The position numbers and the translations under genes are program-made. Shown piece by piece: positions 59,717 to 64,000 of a DNA stretch of 64,000 nt (within the stretch, counting starts at the first letter, position 1; each line of letters starts with the position of its first letter). The notes beneath the pieces were generated by a model that saw nothing but the letters and a program-made list of their open reading frames with translations, was not told where the DNA came from and ran no database searches. Source of the stretch: Alphaproteobacteria bacterium. Lineage in GTDB: Bacteria; Pseudomonadota; Alphaproteobacteria; Bin95. The DNA is taken from positions 1-64,000 of the forward strand of contig OZ219786.1 in the NCBI GenBank assembly GCA_964291285.2, read 5' to 3'.

Positions 59717-60361
59717 CTACCGGCCGAGCGTTTCCAGATAGAGCGGGTCGGCGAGGTCGATAGCAGGGCCGTTGCTGTAAAATACCCAGCCCCGTACGCG
59801 GACACGCTGTCCTTCCAGCAATGCCGGCGGGAAGGCGCGCGAGATGCGGCCGCGCTTCAGGTAAATGGTGAAGTCTTCGCGCCAGTCATCGCCGAAATTG
59901 ACGAAACTGCTGCGGAAACCGCGCGTGACCGACAGAACGCGCCCCTCCACAATGGCGAAGCGGTCGAGAACCGTTCGCGCGCGTTCGGCGGAAACCGGCC
60001 GCATTTCCGGCCGCATGGTCCAGAGGCCGGGTTCGGACATGCGCGCCTGGCGTTCCAGCCGGAGCAGGGTAAGCGCGCGGCCGCGCGAGATGAGCGGCGG
60101 CGCCACCACGGCGAGGCCGCGCGCGACCAGCTCCCGCTGCAGCCAGAGCGATCCGGAGAACACATGCGCGAGGCGGCGGCCGTGCCGGTCAAGGCGGGCC
60201 GGCTGGGGCTCGTAGCGGAGGCCGGGCCGGGCCAGAAAGGCTGTGACAAAGGGCTCGGCTCCTTCGAGCAGGCGCACGTCGGCAGGTTTCAGATTACCCG
60301 CGTCCCCAAAGGCAGGGCCGGCGAGCAATACGAGCAGCAGGGCGGGCAAATGGCGCAGCAT
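59717..60361 (-). CDS. Thermonuclease-family protein with a C-terminal OB-fold
   Basis: Signal peptide; DRHGR.LAHV; E..AR....GLW; NFG.DWR.DFT; VRVRGW. Confidence 0.75.
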   Translation of the reverse strand: MLRHLPALLLVLLAGPAFGDAGNLKPADVRLLEGAEPFVTAFLARPGLRYEPQPARLDRHGRRLAHVFSGSLWLQRELVARGLAVVAPPLISRGRALTLLRLERQARMSEPGLWTMRPEMRPVSAERARTVLDRFAIVEGRVLSVTRGFRSSFVNFGDDWREDFTIYLKRGRISRAFPPALLEGQRVRVRGWVFYSNGPAIDLADPLYLETLGR

Positions 60362-60404
60362 GGGCGTCTGGAAGCCTTGCATGGTGGTCGCTAAGGTTCT
60401 GCGG

Positions 60405-61373
60405 ATGGGCGGGCGGACAGATCTATTCCCGGCGGTAGAGGCGGCTGAGAGCGGCATGCTGCCGCTGGACGACGGCCATGTCATGTATTGGGAGGAGGCC
60501 GGCAGCCCGGGCGGATTGCCGGTTCTGTTCCTGCATGGCGGGCCCGGAGCCGGCTGCACGCCAGCCTATCGGCGTTTCTTCGACCCTGCGGCCTACCGGA
60601 TTCTGCTGTTCGACCAGCGCGGCGCCGGGCGTTCCACGCCGGGCGCGGAGACCCACGCCAACACGACGCAGCATCTCATTCACGACATCGAGACGCTGCG
60701 CCGGTATCTGTCGGTGGATCGGTGGCTGGTGTTTGGCGGCTCCTGGGGCAGCACGCTCGCGCTGGCCTACGGGCAGGCGCATCCCGAACGGTGCCTCGGC
60801 TTTGTGCTGCGCGGTGTGTTTCTCGGGCGGCGGGCGGAAATCGACTGGTTCCTGCACGGCATGGGCACCTTCTTTCCCGAGGCGCACCGGGCGTTTCTCG
60901 CGCCGATCCCGAGGGAGGAGCGCGGCGCCGGCCTGCTGGCCGCCTACCACCGCCGGCTGACGGACCCGGACCCCCGCGTCCACCTGCCGGCCGCGCGCGC
61001 CTGGTCGCGCTATGAGAGCGCCTGTTCGGCGCTGCGGCCCGGCCCGGCCGACACGGCCGCGGTAGCCGGGGACCGCGCTGCCCTCGGCCTCGCCCGTCTG
61101 GAAGCGCACTACTTTACGAACGGCCTGTTCCTTCGGGACGGCCAACTCCTCGACGATCTCCACCGCATAGAAGGCCTGCCGGCGACCATCGTTCAGGGCC
61201 GCTACGATGTCGTTTGCCCGATTGCGACTGCGGACGAGCTGGCGCGCGCCTGGCCGGCCGCGGAATATGTGCCGGTGCCGGAAGCCGGCCATTCCGCTAT
61301 GGAATTCGGCATCCGCGCGGCCCTCGTCGCCGCGACCGAACGGATGAAATACCGCCTCGCCGCCATGGCGTGA
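60405..61373 (+). CDS. pip: Proline iminopeptidase
   Basis: LHGGPG; FDQRG.GRS.P; VFGGSWGSTL; GRYD; AGH. Confidence 0.95.
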   Translation: MGGRTDLFPAVEAAESGMLPLDDGHVMYWEEAGSPGGLPVLFLHGGPGAGCTPAYRRFFDPAAYRILLFDQRGAGRSTPGAETHANTTQHLIHDIETLRRYLSVDRWLVFGGSWGSTLALAYGQAHPERCLGFVLRGVFLGRRAEIDWFLHGMGTFFPEAHRAFLAPIPREERGAGLLAAYHRRLTDPDPRVHLPAARAWSRYESACSALRPGPADTAAVAGDRAALGLARLEAHYFTNGLFLRDGQLLDDLHRIEGLPATIVQGRYDVVCPIATADELARAWPAAEYVPVPEAGHSAMEFGIRAALVAATERMKYRLAAMA

Positions 61374-61392
61374 CGGTGCCGCCGGGAGCCAT

Positions 61393-62091
61393 TCAGTATT
61401 CGTCGCGGCGGCGCACCCAGGTCATCGGGAATGGCAGGTCCTGCTCGTCGCGGCCCTTCGGCACGATGTCGAGAAGCTGGTATGCGGCATTCATCGGGTC
61501 CAGCCCGCGCGAGTAGCAGGAATAGGTGTGAAAGATGCACCCGGCCGCATCCTTGCAGAACACGCTGAGCCCGGGCGCCTCGCTGCCGCGCATGGCGGTT
61601 TCGCGGTAGTTGTACATGACCGGTCCCGCCGCGAGCGTCTCTTCGTCGAAGGAAACGCCGAAATCCCGGTTGAAACCGCTGTACAGCGAGGAAACCCACG
61701 GAAAGCGCCAGCCCATGCGGTCTCGATAGGCGAGCAGCGAGGCAAGCGGCGCACGCGACACGGCGGCGAATGCAACGTCCCGGGCCGCCAGGTGAACGAC
61801 CATCGGGTCGTAGCCGTCGGCCCAGAAGGAACAGCTCGGGCAGCCCGCCTCCCAGTCCGGCCCGAACATGAAATGCGAGACGACCAGCTGGCTGCTTTTG
61901 CCGAACAGATCAGCGAGGCGGGTCTCGCCGGCTTCGCTCTCGAAGCGATAGTCCTCCGTCACTTCCACCCAGGGCAACGCTCTTCGGCCGGCCACCAGCG
62001 CATCGCGTTCGCGCGTCAATGCCTTTTCCCGATCGAGAAGCGCCTTGCGGGCCTTGAGCCACGCTTCGCGCGAGACAATTGGATGATTCAT
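61393..62091 (-). CDS. DUF899 thioredoxin-like protein
   Basis: W..AR..LL.REK; LPWV; HFMFGP....CPSCS; HTYS...RG. Confidence 0.92.
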   Translation of the reverse strand: MNHPIVSREAWLKARKALLDREKALTRERDALVAGRRALPWVEVTEDYRFESEAGETRLADLFGKSSQLVVSHFMFGPDWEAGCPSCSFWADGYDPMVVHLAARDVAFAAVSRAPLASLLAYRDRMGWRFPWVSSLYSGFNRDFGVSFDEETLAAGPVMYNYRETAMRGSEAPGLSVFCKDAAGCIFHTYSCYSRGLDPMNAAYQLLDIVPKGRDEQDLPFPMTWVRRRDEY

Positions 62092-62240
62092 GTGGCGCTT
62101 CCTGTGTTCAGTGATATGAAGTTGTCCGGGTAATGCTGGCATTTGTGCGTCAACAGCACGAATGCTGTGCGGGAGCGGGAGCCTTGGAAAACGGGAGTCC
62201 TTTCCTTCATAATAGGAATTATCCAGCCGGAGGACGAGTA

Positions 62241-63512
62241 ATGGACGGGCAGCAAGCCATCGGGAACCGGGTTGAGGCGGATGCGGGTTCGTCGGCCTAT
62301 GTGCCGCCGCTCCAGCTGACGGAGGGCCAGCCGCCGCCCGTCGCCGCGAATGGCGGCCTCTCCTACATGTCGTTCGACCGGGACGGCGACGCCGGAACCA
62401 CCGCGGCGCTGGAGGCGGCGCTCCAGCAGATCGCCGAAGGGCACAGCCAGGCGTTGATCGACCGGCTCGACAATGCGCCTCCGGGCCCGATCGAGACCAA
62501 GTGGGGGCCGGGCTTCCGCGAATATGAGGAATGCCTGGACTATATCCGCGCCAACGGTTTCGAAGTTCCCGAAGGCGGCGTGGCGTTGCCGTTGCGCTAC
62601 ACCGTTTACGAACACCCGTCCTATTCCATCGTGCCGTCCAACGCGCTCTGGCGGGACCCGGCGCGCAAGGCCGAGGCCGCCCTGTTGCGTAAGGCCGAAG
62701 ACGAGCTAAGGGACCGTAGCCTCTATTTCCCGCAGGTGTTGCGCGATGCGCGCCGGATCGGCGAGTACTATCCGGGCCTCGATGTCAGCAGCGCCGAAAG
62801 CATGGACAGGCTCGGCGTCTCGCTGGCGCACCTCGAATCCAAATGCACGAATTTCTACGACTCGGCCGAGGTAGAGCGCGTCTTCTACCCGGAGATCGAG
62901 AAGCTCCTGCTGGAGTTCTTCCCCGATGCGACCGACGCGCTGGTCTACAACCACGACGTGTTCGACAAGGACTACCAGGGCGACCGCACGGAAGACCAGG
63001 ACGCCAAGAACCCCGGCGTGAACGCGCGTTATGTCAACCTCGTGCACAACGACCTGAACGACAATAGCGGGCGGGTGCGCTGCCGCGAGCTTCTGACGAA
63101 GAACCTGCGCAACTTCGGGCGCACGCAGAACTACACGGAAGCGGAGGCCGACGCGAAGATGTCGCGGCGGTTCATGTCGATCAACCTGGCCAAGCCGATG
63201 GAGACGGTTGAGCAGTTCCCCTTCGTGCTCTGCGCCTGGCCGTCCTTCGCCGACCAGCCCTACATCAACAACTACCGCATCTATGACGACCGGGTCGGGG
63301 AGACGACGCGCTTCACCTACCGGCCGGACCATGACTGGTACTGGTTCCCGCGGCAGACGCCGACGGAAGTGTCGATGCTGAAATGCTACGACTCGGTCAC
63401 CGACGGCTCCGTATCGCGCTGGTCGTTCCACTCGGCCTGCCAGGACCCGACGGCGCCGGCCGACGCGCGTTGCCGCAAGAACGTGGTGGTCCGCTCCTAC
63501 GTCTTCTTCTAG
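62241..63512 (+). CDS. CmcJ/NvfI-family Fe/2OG-type oxidoreductase with an N-terminal extension
   Basis: V...FYPE.E.LL; VHND; P.....LC; H.WYWFP..T..EV..LK.YDS; FHSA..DP; R...V.VR. Confidence 0.75.
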   Translation: MDGQQAIGNRVEADAGSSAYVPPLQLTEGQPPPVAANGGLSYMSFDRDGDAGTTAALEAALQQIAEGHSQALIDRLDNAPPGPIETKWGPGFREYEECLDYIRANGFEVPEGGVALPLRYTVYEHPSYSIVPSNALWRDPARKAEAALLRKAEDELRDRSLYFPQVLRDARRIGEYYPGLDVSSAESMDRLGVSLAHLESKCTNFYDSAEVERVFYPEIEKLLLEFFPDATDALVYNHDVFDKDYQGDRTEDQDAKNPGVNARYVNLVHNDLNDNSGRVRCRELLTKNLRNFGRTQNYTEAEADAKMSRRFMSINLAKPMETVEQFPFVLCAWPSFADQPYINNYRIYDDRVGETTRFTYRPDHDWYWFPRQTPTEVSMLKCYDSVTDGSVSRWSFHSACQDPTAPADARCRKNVVVRSYVFF

Positions 63513-63522
63513 AAGCAAGGCG

Positions 63523-63942
63523 CTAGAACGCGGCGCAGACGGTTTCGACGGCGCGCAGCACCGACTGCTGGTCGAAGGCGCGCTTGTAGGCTTCGGCGAT
63601 CTCCTCCGTGCGCCGCACCGCATCCGCGCCGGGTTCGGCCAGGACGATCAGCAGCTTGGCGCCCTCGCGGCCGATTGCGCCCGACCCGTCGCGCCATTGC
63701 CCGGCGCCGTCCAGAACGGTCAGGCCGTCCGGGAAGCGCGGCGTGACCTCGGCGGCGAGGAAATCGCTCCATTCCTCGTCGGATACCATCCCGCCTCCGG
63801 GCCGGCTGCGGCCGAAGAACATCCGGTATTCGCCATAGCGCTCGAAACCGGGCGGGCAGGGCTGCGTCTCAGCCTGCGAGGCCGCGACGGGCAGGAGCAG
63901 CAGGACGGTGAGTGCGAAGAAGATGCGCGTCGAAACGGTCAT
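63523..63942 (-). CDS. DUF3574 domain protein
   Basis: Signal peptide; FFG; W..FL..EVTPRFPDGLTV.D..GQW; Y...F.QQSVL. Confidence 0.9.
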   Translation of the reverse strand: MTVSTRIFFALTVLLLLPVAASQAETQPCPPGFERYGEYRMFFGRSRPGGGMVSDEEWSDFLAAEVTPRFPDGLTVLDGAGQWRDGSGAIGREGAKLLIVLAEPGADAVRRTEEIAEAYKRAFDQQSVLRAVETVCAAF

Positions 63943-64000
63943 TGCCTCCTTCGAGCCGGTGTCTTCCGGTACGTCGGAAACGGTCAGGCGACGGCAGCTA

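Overview
GC-rich alphaproteobacterial DNA (Rhodospirillales-like gene content; this is an inference). Positions 1 to ~14130 are the right-hand part of an integrated plasmid/ICE-like element that continues off the left edge. All of its genes are on the minus strand: a three-domain replication-initiator-like protein (DUF3102-like, DnaA N-terminal, winged HTH) with in-gene iterons, ParA, ParB, two tandem RHH paralogs, DUF5131, a secreted thermonuclease, a large serine recombinase, a Toprim primase, a hendecad coiled-coil membrane protein, SSB and tandem C4 zinc-finger proteins. The small genes at the left end are each preceded by the same hairpin-forming motif (core CCCCTTCCCGACCTT, four exact copies). 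The element's right end carries a candidate small RNA and an outward promoter, and abuts a 5'-truncated DHA2 MFS gene. The rest (~14.1-64 kb) is mostly core chromosome: anmK, tyrS, a trehalose operon, rpmE, ispB, iscS-fdx-tenA, mnmA, rsmI-yraN-gshB-comM/yifB and pip. Two orphan genes sit behind near-identical strong promoters; one is a stand-alone IS630-type HTH gene under a perfect alphaproteobacterial LexA box. No rRNA, tRNA or CRISPR array was seen. All family assignments come from motif recognition by eye, not from database searches.
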